Below, piece after piece: positions 52,447 through 63,140 of a stretch of 64,000 nt of DNA; within the stretch, counting starts at the first letter, position 1; every line of letters starts with the position of its first letter. This DNA is from Nostoc sp. DedSLP01 (GTDB lineage: Bacteria; Cyanobacteriota; Cyanobacteriia; Cyanobacteriales; Nostocaceae): NCBI GenBank assembly GCA_034530875.2, contig JAVRCJ020000015.1, positions 48,744-112,743 on the forward strand. The letters run 5' to 3'. The notes under the pieces were generated by a model. The model was not told the DNA's origin. It saw only the letters and a program-made list of their open reading frames with translations, and made no database searches. Both the position numbers and the translations under genes were made by a program.

Positions 52447-52512
52447 AAATTCTCACTTTGCACCCTTGAGACTCCCAAAGCGATCGTATCATTCCGACGC
52501 AGACGGAATCGA
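51361..52512 (-). mobile_element. IS630-family insertion sequence, 1152 bp, transposase inactivated
   Basis: 26-bp TIRs (51361-51386 and 52487-52512, 21/26 match) flanked by TA on both sides. DDE motifs DEHRLG, DQAGWH and SPELQPAERLW. A8 slippery site at 51958-51965. Confidence 0.92.
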
Positions 52513-52530
52513 TATTACAGATTTCTAAGC

Positions 52531-52752
52531 TTAACTTTTTCGCTTTTGTTCCAACTTCTTAAGGTGTTCTTGCATTGCTACTTCCATAATGGTGAGGTTC
52601 TCAGGTGTGTCTGGAATAGGGTATAAATCAGTATCTTCAGAACTCGCTTCTAAGCGATCGGCAAGTTTGTAAAATGCTTCGTCATCATTTCGATGTAACA
52701 GAACATAAGCTCGCAGTTGGGCAATGCTCATAGTGTGAAAATCCGGTTTCAT
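52531..52752 (-). CDS. DUF6887-like small protein (putative antitoxin)
   Basis: KPDFHTMSIAQLRAYVLLHRNDDEAF. Confidence 0.7.
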   Translation of the reverse strand: MKPDFHTMSIAQLRAYVLLHRNDDEAFYKLADRLEASSEDTDLYPIPDTPENLTIMEVAMQEHLKKLEQKRKS

Positions 52753-52800
52753 CTAAACCTTGATTTGCCATCTAAGGGCTAGAATCAATTATATAAAAAT

Positions 52801-52823
52801 ATGGATATATTTTATATATCCAT
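52801..52823. terminator. Hairpin downstream of the Schlafen-like gene
   Basis: ATGGATATAT-TTT-ATATATCCAT. Confidence 0.5.
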
Positions 52824-52846
52824 TCTGTACAAAACTCAAAAATTGC

Positions 52847-54232
52847 TTATCGAACTTTTTGCCAAGCTGAGGTAGCAGTTCTAGTTCCTGGTACTAATTC
52901 TATTAACCCCCTATCTCTAAGTCTATAAAAGGCTGCTTTGATAGTACTTTCAGAGGCTACACCTGTAATTTCTCTTGCAATTTTGTTAGTTATAGTATTG
53001 TTTTCAGATAAGTATTGCATGATTGCTGATTCAATCGAAGCAAGAGGTTCATGTTTAATATAAACTATAACTGAATTTTCCAATTCTTTAATAATAGGAG
53101 GCTTAAGCCTCAGACGACTCATAGCTTCAAAAGCTGTGTTTAGACCCTCACCCACGTCTTTATTAGGTGCATTGGGAAATTTGTTGATAAGGCGTACTAT
53201 CGTACCGTTCCTTGCATACTGCTCTCTCAAAATATTGGTTATTGTGATGTGTCCAGGCAATCTACCTGGGCTTTCAATTTCCACACGATTATCAAAGATG
53301 CGAATTTGTACATCTTTCAAAATACTATAGTCTCTATGTAATACTGCATTCGTAATGATTTCGTGCAGCGTTTCTTCAGGATATTCTATCTGTTCTAATC
53401 TTCCGTCATCAAGTTTGGGGATTTCTTCAATTATCTCCTTAGTCTTTTGTACAGCCTCAGAAATTTGATTATATAACCAGCCTTCAATAGTTATTGGATC
53501 GAATGCAAGATTTTCTCTTCGACCTTCTTCATCAGATGTTTTGTACCTATAGATTTTCACACCACATCTTTTTGGAAGTAAAGCCTGTGGTTCTTCAGAG
53601 AAAATAAGAATACCAGCAACAGTTGGTTTTCCATTAATAATCAACTGTTGCTTTTTTAACCACTGTTCTGGCTCTCCTGTTGGTATAATCTGAAGCATAA
53701 AATCAATAATAGGAATAGAGTTAGTAATAATTTCTATATCAGCATTAACTGTGGATTTTTCAAAGGACTCTATACCTTTATCAAGTCTCAGGCGTGCAAG
53801 CTTCTCCTCTGTATCCTGCGGTAAATTTTGTGCCCCACGTCGGATATAAGGAACGCCATCCGAAGCATTAACAATCTCTCGGCTCTTATGAATGACTACT
53901 TGAAGCACTAGACCACTACAACCATCACAAAATAAGAAAATATAGCTATAGTATTGACCTAAAGGGAATAGTTCTTCAAAAACTTGTAAATGTGCATTTG
54001 CATTTTCTTGATCTGCAAAGCCACGCCAAGTTCGATGCTTTACGCCATCAATTTTATCCTCATCAATTCCAATGTAAAGCTCCCCGCCACTAGTGTTGGC
54101 AAATGCGGATATAGAGCGAGTTAGCTTAGCTGGCTTTATATCTATCGACTTCAAGTCCAGAAAGTGACTTTCCTCAAATGACAAAATTTGATCGAGCTGC
54201 TCAGGTGTAATTTTTTCGACTTGAATTGGCAT
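52847..54232 (-). CDS. Schlafen/AlbA_2 plus HATPase_c_4 plus C-terminal wHTH protein
   Basis: EESHFLDLK, AFANTSGGELYIGIDE, EIITNAVLHRDY, IESPG, and an HTH at the C-terminus. Confidence 0.85.
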   Translation of the reverse strand: MPIQVEKITPEQLDQILSFEESHFLDLKSIDIKPAKLTRSISAFANTSGGELYIGIDEDKIDGVKHRTWRGFADQENANAHLQVFEELFPLGQYYSYIFLFCDGCSGLVLQVVIHKSREIVNASDGVPYIRRGAQNLPQDTEEKLARLRLDKGIESFEKSTVNADIEIITNSIPIIDFMLQIIPTGEPEQWLKKQQLIINGKPTVAGILIFSEEPQALLPKRCGVKIYRYKTSDEEGRRENLAFDPITIEGWLYNQISEAVQKTKEIIEEIPKLDDGRLEQIEYPEETLHEIITNAVLHRDYSILKDVQIRIFDNRVEIESPGRLPGHITITNILREQYARNGTIVRLINKFPNAPNKDVGEGLNTAFEAMSRLRLKPPIIKELENSVIVYIKHEPLASIESAIMQYLSENNTITNKIAREITGVASESTIKAAFYRLRDRGLIELVPGTRTATSAWQKVR

Positions 54233-54303
54233 AAGAATATTCTTGCATTTTCTATAGTTTTAAAGCTTTTTTTAAAAGTTACAAAAGGTATTTATAATTC
54301 ATC

Positions 54304-54659
54304 TCACAAAGGCAGCTTTGCAATCCGATCGCTCCACTCCTCGGCACTGGATATAGCCCAAATCATCACCAGTTCTTCGATAACGACTTCAACTGGTAGC
54401 CTTTGGGAAACAATGATAACTCCTGTACTATGATTGCTGGTGATGAACTGGGCAAATTCTAATGGCATTGTTTTACGGTCGTGGCTGACAAGAATACGTC
54501 CCTGCTGTGCTGCGATCGCCAATACCTCAGAGTCTTTTCTTTTACACCTTCTAATCCAGCAGCCAAGGCGGTTTGGAAGTCAATGCTGGGTTCTCGTCGC
54601 AAAACTCCTGTGACGATCGCCTGATTCAAATCAGCATCGGCTTGGTAGCTAATATTCAC
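54304..54659 (-). pseudogene. DUF5615 PIN-like toxin, frameshifted
   Basis: YQADADLN...GLEGVK then DSEVLAIAAQQGRILVSHD; a 5-bp duplication (CTTTT x2 at 54534-54543) splits the frame. Confidence 0.85.
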
Positions 54660-54985
54660 GATTCTACTTGCTGTCTTGCTGTCTTAGCTGCCATCAGCTT
54701 GTTATACAAAGCAGGATCGGTGGTTTCTAGTGGTTGAGGCATAGTATCAAATGCTGCTTCCTCAGCTTCTAAATAAGTATCAATGTCAGCACGATTGGCT
54801 AGATAAAACGCGATCGCTCCATAAACTTGTTCAAGTGTCAGCAACGGAAAAGAATGAACAATGCTTTCAGGTGATAATCCTTTTCGGAAAGCATAAACAA
54901 TCGAGTCCAAAGAAATCCGAGTTCCCGCAACCCAATAAGCATCTTGACGATATTCTACGTAAGACTTAGCTGTTACAACTGGCAT
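54656..54985 (-). CDS. DUF433 family antitoxin
   Basis: VAGTRISLDSIV...SFPLLTLEQVYGAIAFY, with a GTGA overlap with the PIN gene. Confidence 0.88.
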   Translation of the reverse strand: MPVVTAKSYVEYRQDAYWVAGTRISLDSIVYAFRKGLSPESIVHSFPLLTLEQVYGAIAFYLANRADIDTYLEAEEAAFDTMPQPLETTDPALYNKLMAAKTARQQVES

Positions 54986-55012
54986 AGATTTATTTTGTCT
55001 CTACTTATAAAT

Positions 55013-58000
55013 TTAAACAACAGCTGCCTCTGGAATTGCACCTTGCATTTTTGCGAAAGCATCAATCAAACTTTGCAATTGTTGGTCGGCTTTGAAAACT
55101 CCTAAACCGCGCACTGTGACTTTTCCAGGAGAATAGACAAAACGGGTTTTGAGATTGTCTGGTAAATTCGCCGCTAACAAATTCCAAGCTGGTTCTTCCA
55201 TTGGTGTTTCTAAAACAACGTGCTGTTTGTTTTCTGGTTTAATCCTACTAAATCCAAGTTTTTTCGCTAACTGTTTGAGTTCCATAACTCGCAATAGTTG
55301 ATTGGCTGGGACTGGCAAAGTACCATAACGATCGCTCCATTCAGCTGCAATCTGTTTTAATTCTCCTTTGGATTTCGCTGTCGCCACCGCCCGGTAAGCA
55401 CTCATCTTTTGATCTAAATCGGTAATATAATCTGCGGGAATAAATGCCGTCAGGTTGAGGTCAATCTGGGTATCCTCCACTTGGGGAATTTCTTGGCCGC
55501 GAATTTCTCGAATTGCTTCTTCGAGCATTTCCATGTATAAATCAAAACCGATGGCATCCATTTGACCGGATTGTTCTGCACCCAGTAAGTTACCAACCCC
55601 GCGAATTTCCATATCGCGCATTGCTAATTGATACCCAGAACCGAGTTGAGTAAATTCTTGAATTGCTCGTAACCGTTGCCGCGCTGCATCAGATAGCGTC
55701 CTTTGCTTGGGATAAAATAGCCAAGCATGAGCTTGGATACCTGCACGACCGACACGACCGCGTAATTGATACAACTGAGCCAAGCCAAAGCGATGAGCGT
55801 CTTCAATTAAAATGGTGTTGACTCGCGGAATATCTAAGCCAGATTCGATAATTGTCGTACAAACGAGAATATCTGCTTCACCGTTGCTGAAGGTGAGCAT
55901 GGTTGATTCTAACTCGCTTTCATCCATTTGACCGTGAGCGATCGCAAATCTACCCCCTGGTATCATTTCTCGCAAGCTTGCGGTTGTCTCTTCAATGCCT
56001 TCAACTCGTGGAACTACATAAAATACTTGTCCACCTCGGTCTAATTCTTGACGTATGGCACTACGCACGCTTTCTGAATTTAGCGGTGCAAGGTGAGTTT
56101 TAATCGGGCGTCGAGTTGGAGGTGGTGTAGTAATTAAACTCATTTCCCGAATTCCCGACAAAGACATATACAGGGTACGGGGAATGGGAGTAGCAGAGAG
56201 AGTCAGCACATCAACTTGAGTTTTCAAGCTTTTAATTTTCTCTTTTTGGTTCACTCCAAAACGCTGTTCTTCATCCACCACCAACAGTCCTAAATCTTTG
56301 AATGATACGCCTTTGCCTAAGAGTTGGTGTGTACCAACTACTACATCGAGTTCGCCCGTTGCCAATCGCTTTTGAATATCGCGGCGTTCTTCAGCGGAAC
56401 GAAAGCGGTTGAGTAAGCCGACATTCACGGGGTACGGAGCAAAACGTTCTTTGAGTGTATGGTAGTGCTGCTGAGTTAAAATAGTAGTTGGCGCAAGGAG
56501 TGCCACTTGTTTACCGGCGGTGACTGCTTTAAAAACAGCACGAATCGCCACTTCCGTTTTTCCAAAACCGACATCGCCACAAACTAAGCGATCCATTGGT
56601 CGATCGCTTTCCATGTCGCGTTTGACATCTTGTACGGCTTTTAGCTGATCTGTTGTAGGTTGGTAAGGGAAAGAATCTTCCATTTCCTCTTGCCAAGGCA
56701 TATCGCTGGGGAAACTAAAACCTTGTTGTTGCGATCGCGCTGCATATAATTTCAGCAAGTCCACCGCCAATTTCTTAATCGCTTTGCGGACTTTGTTCTT
56801 GGTATTCTCCCAAGCCTTACCAGTCATCTTGTTGAGTTCTGGTGCCTTATCTCCTGCGGCACGGAACCGAGATAAAGCACCTAATTGGTCGGCTGCAACT
56901 CTCAGTAAACCGTCGGCATATTGCACCACCAAATAATCACGAGTTTCATCATTAATCGTTAAGCTTTCCAGCTTGACAAATTTGCCAACACCATGATTTC
57001 TGTGAACTACATAATCCCCTGGACGCAGCTTATTGGGATCGACTTGTTTAGAAGTTGCTTTGTGGCGTTTGCGAATAAAACCGGGAGTTGCTAAAGAATG
57101 CTGACCATAAAATTCCCGGTCAGTGACAACTACTAGCCGATAAGTAGGCAGAATAAAACCTTCGAGTTCCGCCAAGCCAGAATATTTGAGTGCGACTGGA
57201 GTGTGGTTGATTTGTAGCTTATCAATCGCTAGGTAATCGCGGGGATTGGGGATAAATTGCGCCGGACAATCGTGTTCTTGCAACAGCGACACAGAACGCG
57301 AAGGTTGAGCCGAAATCAGCCAAATCGAGAAATTGCGATCGCGTTCTTGGCGAATAGTGTCAGCTAATTTAGCAAACTGATGTGGCGTAACCGGAACGCT
57401 TCTACTCGCAAGATTAATTCCATCATTTTCTTCCGACAGTTCCGATAAATAAAGTGTTTGAAACCTCGCAACATCAGCCAAACAATCATCAAACGACCGA
57501 TGAATCTTCGGTAATTTTGGGGGAGTGGGGAGTGGGGAGTGGGGAGTAGATTGTTCGCTATTCCCTATTCCCCATTCCCTATTCCCCATTCCCCATTGTT
57601 CTTCCGCATTTTCTACCCAGCGATCGCTATGAGCGTGACACTGTTCTGGTTCATCAATGGCAATCAAGGTGTTTTCTGGTAAGTACTCTAGCACCGATGC
57701 TGGTTGCTCGAACGCCAAACCCAAAAAACGGCGGCTACCTTCAATCAGTCCTGAGTTTCCATTGTCGAGTGCTGAGTCAGAATTTAACTGGGCACTCAGT
57801 ACTCTAAACTCAGGACTATCCTTGAGTGGTGCCATGATGATGGGAGCAAAGCTAGTCGGCGTGAGAATTAACTGCTCAACTTTGTCAAGGGCAGAACGTT
57901 GAGTTGCTGGATCGAATTCCCGTATTTGTTCGATTTCGTCGCCAAACCATTCTAGCCTGACTGGTAACTCCGAGGAAACCGGAAACACATCAACAATATC

Positions 58001-58582
58001 GCCACGCCGACTCCATTGCCCTTCGGTTTCCACCAGAGGTACTCGTTCGTAACCTAAAAGAGTGACTTTTTCACTAAAAGCATTGAGATCTATCTCCATC
58101 CCTCGCTTTAGCGTCAAGCAAAATTCTTGAAAAGCCTCTGGCGGTGGCAAATGTGGTTGCAGTGCCCCTTGAGTGGCCACAACCGCTATATTTGTCCTTT
58201 GGTTTGTTTCTAATGACGAATGACTAATGACTAATGACTCTTGACTTTTGACCAAATCCGCCAAAACCTGCATTTGCCCCCAACTCATTTCAGTTTCAGG
58301 GTCAAAAGGTTCGTAAGGAGAAGCTTCAGAAGTGGGGTAAAAATGTACTGTTTGCCATCCCATTGCCTCTAGTTGTGCGTAAACGCGCCCGGCTTCTTCC
58401 AGAGTGGCGCATACCACGAACAAATTTCTGCCTTGAGTTTGCGCCAATGCTGAAGCTACCAAACCCTTCGGCAGACGGGGAATGCCATTTAAGCGCAATT
58501 CTTGTTGGCGATTTAACTTAGAAATAAATTCAGTAGTGAGTGGCGATCGCCCTAAGGCACGCACAATAGAAGAAAATGACAT
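55013..58582 (-). CDS. mfd: Transcription-repair coupling factor
   Basis: RGDIVDVF, CarD-like [32 protein letters not shown] and a TRCF domain. Confidence 0.97.
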   Translation of the reverse strand: MSFSSIVRALGRSPLTTEFISKLNRQQELRLNGIPRLPKGLVASALAQTQGRNLFVVCATLEEAGRVYAQLEAMGWQTVHFYPTSEASPYEPFDPETEMSWGQMQVLADLVKSQESLVISHSSLETNQRTNIAVVATQGALQPHLPPPEAFQEFCLTLKRGMEIDLNAFSEKVTLLGYERVPLVETEGQWSRRGDIVDVFPVSSELPVRLEWFGDEIEQIREFDPATQRSALDKVEQLILTPTSFAPIIMAPLKDSPEFRVLSAQLNSDSALDNGNSGLIEGSRRFLGLAFEQPASVLEYLPENTLIAIDEPEQCHAHSDRWVENAEEQWGMGNREWGIGNSEQSTPHSPLPTPPKLPKIHRSFDDCLADVARFQTLYLSELSEENDGINLASRSVPVTPHQFAKLADTIRQERDRNFSIWLISAQPSRSVSLLQEHDCPAQFIPNPRDYLAIDKLQINHTPVALKYSGLAELEGFILPTYRLVVVTDREFYGQHSLATPGFIRKRHKATSKQVDPNKLRPGDYVVHRNHGVGKFVKLESLTINDETRDYLVVQYADGLLRVAADQLGALSRFRAAGDKAPELNKMTGKAWENTKNKVRKAIKKLAVDLLKLYAARSQQQGFSFPSDMPWQEEMEDSFPYQPTTDQLKAVQDVKRDMESDRPMDRLVCGDVGFGKTEVAIRAVFKAVTAGKQVALLAPTTILTQQHYHTLKERFAPYPVNVGLLNRFRSAEERRDIQKRLATGELDVVVGTHQLLGKGVSFKDLGLLVVDEEQRFGVNQKEKIKSLKTQVDVLTLSATPIPRTLYMSLSGIREMSLITTPPPTRRPIKTHLAPLNSESVRSAIRQELDRGGQVFYVVPRVEGIEETTASLREMIPGGRFAIAHGQMDESELESTMLTFSNGEADILVCTTIIESGLDIPRVNTILIEDAHRFGLAQLYQLRGRVGRAGIQAHAWLFYPKQRTLSDAARQRLRAIQEFTQLGSGYQLAMRDMEIRGVGNLLGAEQSGQMDAIGFDLYMEMLEEAIREIRGQEIPQVEDTQIDLNLTAFIPADYITDLDQKMSAYRAVATAKSKGELKQIAAEWSDRYGTLPVPANQLLRVMELKQLAKKLGFSRIKPENKQHVVLETPMEEPAWNLLAANLPDNLKTRFVYSPGKVTVRGLGVFKADQQLQSLIDAFAKMQGAIPEAAVV

Positions 58583-58825
58583 AAGTTCTACTAGCAATGG
58601 AAGTCTTAGCGCTTGTCGATCATCTTTGGGCAGTTTATGTCCACCATTTTAAAAGTGTTAACAGCCCTCTAATTCATTCTCAGGAAGAATAATGTACAAC
58701 GACATCATAAAATCAACAACTCATAACTATTACTTTCTGTATAGTTAAACAATTTATCGCAGCACCTTTAATACTAGATACTAAGGATTGAGCTACGTTC
58801 GCTCTGATAAGCGGCAATTTTAAAC

Positions 58826-60157
58826 ATGTCCTCCATCACTTTTGAAATTTTAATCATCTTGGTGCTAATTATTGCCAACGGCATATTTTCAATGTCTGAG
58901 ATGGCAATTGTCTCAGCGCGGAAAGTCAGACTACAGCAGCTTGCCAATCAAGGGGATGCTAAGGCAAGGGTAGCACTCAAACTCGCGGAGTCTCCAAATA
59001 ATTTCCTGTCAACCATTCAAGTAGGTATTTCTCTCATCGGTATTCTGACTGGTGCTTTTGGAGGAGCAACAATTGCTAACCGACTGGCAGTCTATGTGCG
59101 GCTTGTCCCAGTATTAGCACCTTATAGCGAACCCGTATCTTTCGGAATCGTGGTGTTAATTATTACTTATTTGTCATTGATTATCGGCGAATTAGTGCCA
59201 AAGCGTTTGGCATTAAATAACCCAGAAGGCATTGCAGCATTTGTAGCTATTCCCATGCGTGCTTTGTCGGCGATCGCTTCTCCAATGGTACATCTTTTAA
59301 GCGCTTCCACAGATATGGTTTTGCGTGTTTTAGGGGTTACCCAATCAACCGAACCGCAAGTCACTGAAGAAGAAATTAAAATCTTAATCGAACAAGGTAC
59401 GGAAGCGGGAACCTTTGAAGAAGCCGAACAGGATATGGTAGAGCGAGTTTTTCGTTTAGGCGATCGTCCTGTAAGCTACTTAATGACACCACGCCCCGAT
59501 ATCGTCTGGCTAGATTTAGATGATAGCGCTGAAGAAAATCGTCAAAAAATGGTTGAAAGTGCTTACTCTCGCTATCCAGTTTGTCAAGGAGGACTTGACA
59601 ATGTACTGGGTGTGATGCCAGTTACCGACTTATTAGCTAGAAGTTTCCGAGGCGAACAGCTAGATTTAACAGTGGGATTACGACAACCAGTCTTTGTACC
59701 AGAAAGCACCCGTGGCTTGAAAGTTTTGGAATTATTTAAGCAAACTGTCACTCATATAGCCTTGGTAGTTGATGAATACGGCGTTATTCAAGGATTAGTC
59801 ACTCTCAACGATATTATGAGCGAAATCGTGGGCGATGTTCCTTCTATGGATGGGCAAGATGAACCGCAAGCCGTGCAACGGGAAGATGGTTCCTGGCTTT
59901 TGGATGGAATGTTACCCGTGGAAGAGTTTTTAGAACTTTTCGGTATGGAAGAGTGGGAATCTGAAGAACGTGGTAGCTATCAAACCTTAGGCGGTTTTGT
60001 CATCACTCATTTAGGCCGTATCCCCGCAGCAGCAGATCATTTTGAATGGGAAGGTATGCGAATTGAAGTCATGGATATGGATGGTAACCGCGTTGATAAA
60101 GTCCTAGTTGTGCCAAAGGCAAATAAATCAGCAGATACTACAACGACATCTGATTAG
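58826..60157 (+). CDS. HlyC/CorC family (CNNM, CBS pair, CorC) membrane protein
   Basis: FSMSEMA, GELVPK, MTPR, YSRYPV and VVDEYG. Confidence 0.92.
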   Translation: MSSITFEILIILVLIIANGIFSMSEMAIVSARKVRLQQLANQGDAKARVALKLAESPNNFLSTIQVGISLIGILTGAFGGATIANRLAVYVRLVPVLAPYSEPVSFGIVVLIITYLSLIIGELVPKRLALNNPEGIAAFVAIPMRALSAIASPMVHLLSASTDMVLRVLGVTQSTEPQVTEEEIKILIEQGTEAGTFEEAEQDMVERVFRLGDRPVSYLMTPRPDIVWLDLDDSAEENRQKMVESAYSRYPVCQGGLDNVLGVMPVTDLLARSFRGEQLDLTVGLRQPVFVPESTRGLKVLELFKQTVTHIALVVDEYGVIQGLVTLNDIMSEIVGDVPSMDGQDEPQAVQREDGSWLLDGMLPVEEFLELFGMEEWESEERGSYQTLGGFVITHLGRIPAAADHFEWEGMRIEVMDMDGNRVDKVLVVPKANKSADTTTTSD

Positions 60158-60316
60158 TATTGGGCATGGGGCATTGGGCATTGGGCATTGAGAATGGGGC
60201 ATGAGGCCGGAGGACAATGAAAAATTACCTCTTCTTCCTCTGTTCCTTGTCTCCCCATCCCCTCATCCCCTCATCTCCCCATCTCCCCATCCCCTCATCT
60301 CCCGACTCTCCCATGC

Positions 60317-61498
60317 TTACTGTTGAGATAAGCGTTTTACTTCTTCACCTGCTAACAATTGATGTGCTTTTTGGAGAATTTGCGGAATTTTTTCAGCGTG
60401 AGGACTGCGGGCGAGACATTGGCGCAAGTCTAATTCGTTTAATCGATCGCCCTTATTACCAGGAAACCAATGGCCACCATTACCAAGCAGGTTATAGCGC
60501 ATTTTGGCATACTCTACCAAATCGTAAGCGGCCGCTAAATTCCACAACCACAAAATCACCCGAATATTGACTTCACCAGGCGTTTCCTCCACCTTGGGTA
60601 AATTATGTTCCCAAGTTTTTACCCAATCTTCTCCCAAAGTGGCGATCGCTTCTGCTTCTAACCGTGCCAAAATTGGCGGCAGAATTTCTGATGCTTTATC
60701 TACTAAGTCTAAAGTCTTGAGATGTTCGTCAAAATCTTCTGGTTTTGCTGCACCCAAACTCAACGTATGTACTTCTGGGTGGCTCAAACAAAACAGATCG
60801 TTAAATACTATTGGGCTTAAAGGAGTGCAAAGATTAACTAATTTTTGCGGTGGTTGATACAACAAACCTCCTTTATTTGATGGGCTAATAATAAATACTC
60901 CCATATCGTGACGTTTAGCTGCTTCAATTGCTGCCCAATTCCATTGATTAATGTAGTACCAGTGCAAGTTTACATAATCAAATTGATTGGTATTAATTGT
61001 TTGCACAATTACATCTGTTGGGCCATGTGTAGAAAAGCCAACAAACCTCACTTTTCCCTCTGCTTGCAACTGACGCACCACATCCAAACAGCCACCAGGA
61101 CGAATGCTGAAGTCCAACAACTCAGGAGTATTAATGCCGTGCAAACCTAAAAGGTCAACATAATCTAGTTGGAGATATTGTAAGGATTTATCAAAAGTCT
61201 TGCGGAATTCTTTTGCATCTTCGTTGGGATTGATTTTAGTTTGAACAATCAACTTTTCGCGGGGAAACTTAGGTAATATTTTCCCCAATTGCATTTCAGA
61301 AGTGCCATAACCACGGGCTGTTTCAATGTGATTAATGCCAACTTCCACAGCTTTTTTGATAGTCGCTTCCAAATTAGCCTGCTTATCGGCAGGAATTTCT
61401 GACTCAGGAACATCTTGCCATTTGAACTGATATCTCATGCCGCCGCAGGAAAACACTGGCATTTGTAGTTCTGTGCGTCCAAATCTTCTGTATAGCAT
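60317..61498 (-). CDS. Aldo/keto reductase family protein
   Basis: YRRFGRT, IETARGYG and VGFSTHG. Confidence 0.88.
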   Translation of the reverse strand: MLYRRFGRTELQMPVFSCGGMRYQFKWQDVPESEIPADKQANLEATIKKAVEVGINHIETARGYGTSEMQLGKILPKFPREKLIVQTKINPNEDAKEFRKTFDKSLQYLQLDYVDLLGLHGINTPELLDFSIRPGGCLDVVRQLQAEGKVRFVGFSTHGPTDVIVQTINTNQFDYVNLHWYYINQWNWAAIEAAKRHDMGVFIISPSNKGGLLYQPPQKLVNLCTPLSPIVFNDLFCLSHPEVHTLSLGAAKPEDFDEHLKTLDLVDKASEILPPILARLEAEAIATLGEDWVKTWEHNLPKVEETPGEVNIRVILWLWNLAAAYDLVEYAKMRYNLLGNGGHWFPGNKGDRLNELDLRQCLARSPHAEKIPQILQKAHQLLAGEEVKRLSQQ

Positions 61499-61532
61499 TA
61501 GTGGATTGTTTAACATTTCCCCTTTTTTAAGG

Positions 61533-61639
61533 GCAGGGCTGTTTCATTTTCCAAAGAGCTTTAAAAATCAAGAGTTTTAGCAATTAAAAATTGGTTATTT
61601 TGTTACCACGTGGCGAAAAATGGAGTGAAACAGCCCTGC
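61533..61639. mobile_element. MITE-like element with perfect 14-bp inverted repeats
   Basis: GCAGGGCTGTTTCA (61533-61546) and TGAAACAGCCCTGC (61626-61639). Confidence 0.65.
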
Positions 61640-61650
61640 TTAAGACTAAA

Positions 61651-62859
61651 TTAAGACATCTTGGTTTTATCCTTATGCAGCAAAGTAACGCTCACAGTGG
61701 CAAGAAGCGCTAAGAAGCTTAATGTAGAAGTATATTCAGGAACAGATTTTGGATTCTCGATTTTGAGAACTTGTCCAAGCCCTGGGCGATCGCCTCGGTT
61801 TGTGACGTAAATAGCACCATCAGCACCAATAGTCAAAGCAGTAGCCGACTCTAATCCATTACCACTAAGGATAGTTGTACGAGTGCCATCAGTTGCTATT
61901 TTAATTAGCGAACCATCTAGATTACCTTTCCAGAGTGACTGATTAGCGTACTGCAAAGCATACAAATTACCCTCATTATCAAAAGCTAAGTCAGTAAGTT
62001 GAGTAAAGCCATCGGCATAGACTGTTGGTTGACCATCAGAACCAACGCGGTAGATTTTTGCTTCACCTTCAGGAAAAGGAAAACCAGTTAATTGGCTAAT
62101 ATAGTAAGCACCATCGAGTCCTAATGCGACATTTGTAGGTACTGCTTGGATTTCAAATGGTGATGGCGATGGGCCAGAGGGGAAGACTGGATTAGTTAAT
62201 GTCTGGCGCTTAATTGTAGCGATCGCGTTTAAATTACTTCCGTCAGTATTTACGCTTAGTAACTCATTCGCACCCGCATCAACTGCAACAACTTTATTTC
62301 CGTTTAGAAGCAGAGAAAAAGGATTGCTGATGACATCACCTTTATCTGGATTATTTGCAAGTTCATAATTAGCTAAATCAGCTACACTAGTCCAGGAATT
62401 TGTATTAAAATCAGCAGCAATGATTTTTCCTAAATCAGTATTACCCAATGTGGAACGAAATATGGGATTTGAACCATACCCAATCGCAATATAAGGCTTG
62501 CCATTAGCATCAAATGCGATATCTTGAGGCCCAGAAGTATCAGTCCCATTTGATAGTGCTAAAGAAGGAAGTCCTGTAAGTATGCGTTTTTGAGTACCAT
62601 TTCCAATTTTTGTCACTGCACCAGTTGTGCCATAACATAAAGATTGGTTTTCAACGCTCGGTGAAGGAACACAAGCTCCACTTCCCCCTGTTCCTGCTTC
62701 TGTGACGTACAGACTCCCGTCAGTACCAAAAGCTAGACCCCTTGGATTATCAAGACCATCGGCAATTACCGAAAACGATGCTGCCTCTGCTGCTTTCGTT
62801 CCTGTAAAAGCAGCAATACAAACACTCAAAAATGTAATTCCAAATTGCTTTAGTTTCAT
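61651..62859 (-). CDS. ScyD/ScyE-family exported beta-propeller with a PEP-CTERM-like tail
   Basis: Signal peptide, GLDNPRGL, YVTEAG, QAVPT, LTGFPF, and C-terminal VPEY followed by a TM helix and basic residues. Confidence 0.82.
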   Translation of the reverse strand: MKLKQFGITFLSVCIAAFTGTKAAEAASFSVIADGLDNPRGLAFGTDGSLYVTEAGTGGSGACVPSPSVENQSLCYGTTGAVTKIGNGTQKRILTGLPSLALSNGTDTSGPQDIAFDANGKPYIAIGYGSNPIFRSTLGNTDLGKIIAADFNTNSWTSVADLANYELANNPDKGDVISNPFSLLLNGNKVVAVDAGANELLSVNTDGSNLNAIATIKRQTLTNPVFPSGPSPSPFEIQAVPTNVALGLDGAYYISQLTGFPFPEGEAKIYRVGSDGQPTVYADGFTQLTDLAFDNEGNLYALQYANQSLWKGNLDGSLIKIATDGTRTTILSGNGLESATALTIGADGAIYVTNRGDRPGLGQVLKIENPKSVPEYTSTLSFLALLATVSVTLLHKDKTKMS

Positions 62860-62961
62860 TAGACCCATCCAAAAATTAGATTTAATCTTTGCAACATACC
62901 AATCGGCTGTAGGCGCGTACAGATATACATAACTATCAACTTAATATGAAAGCCGAGTCTA

Positions 62962-63140
62962 AGAGGTTGTTTGAATAGTCTAAATTATTACTCACCGGGT
63001 GATTGTAAATCGCGGCTATACAGACGAAACCCACCTGCGTGGGTTTCAAACCCTTAATTTTTCATGCTTTTTGCGCAGGCGGACGAAAGCCTGTGTAGTA
63101 GTGAATTATATATTTGCCCAATACTTTTCAAACATCCTCT
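62962..63140. mobile_element. MITE with 18-bp TIRs and internal REP-like hairpins
   Basis: AGAGGTTGTTTGAATAGT and ACTTTTCAAACATCCTCT match at 16/18; internal GAAACCCAC-CTGC-GTGGGTTTC hairpin. Confidence 0.75.

Noticed and set aside
42034..55012. Prophage or integrative element at tRNA-Val
   Set aside because: No integrase, phage genes or duplicated tRNA 3' end found.
61651..62859. Scytonemin biosynthesis cluster
   Set aside because: Only a lone ScyD/E-like gene; no scyA-C or aromatic amino acid genes nearby.
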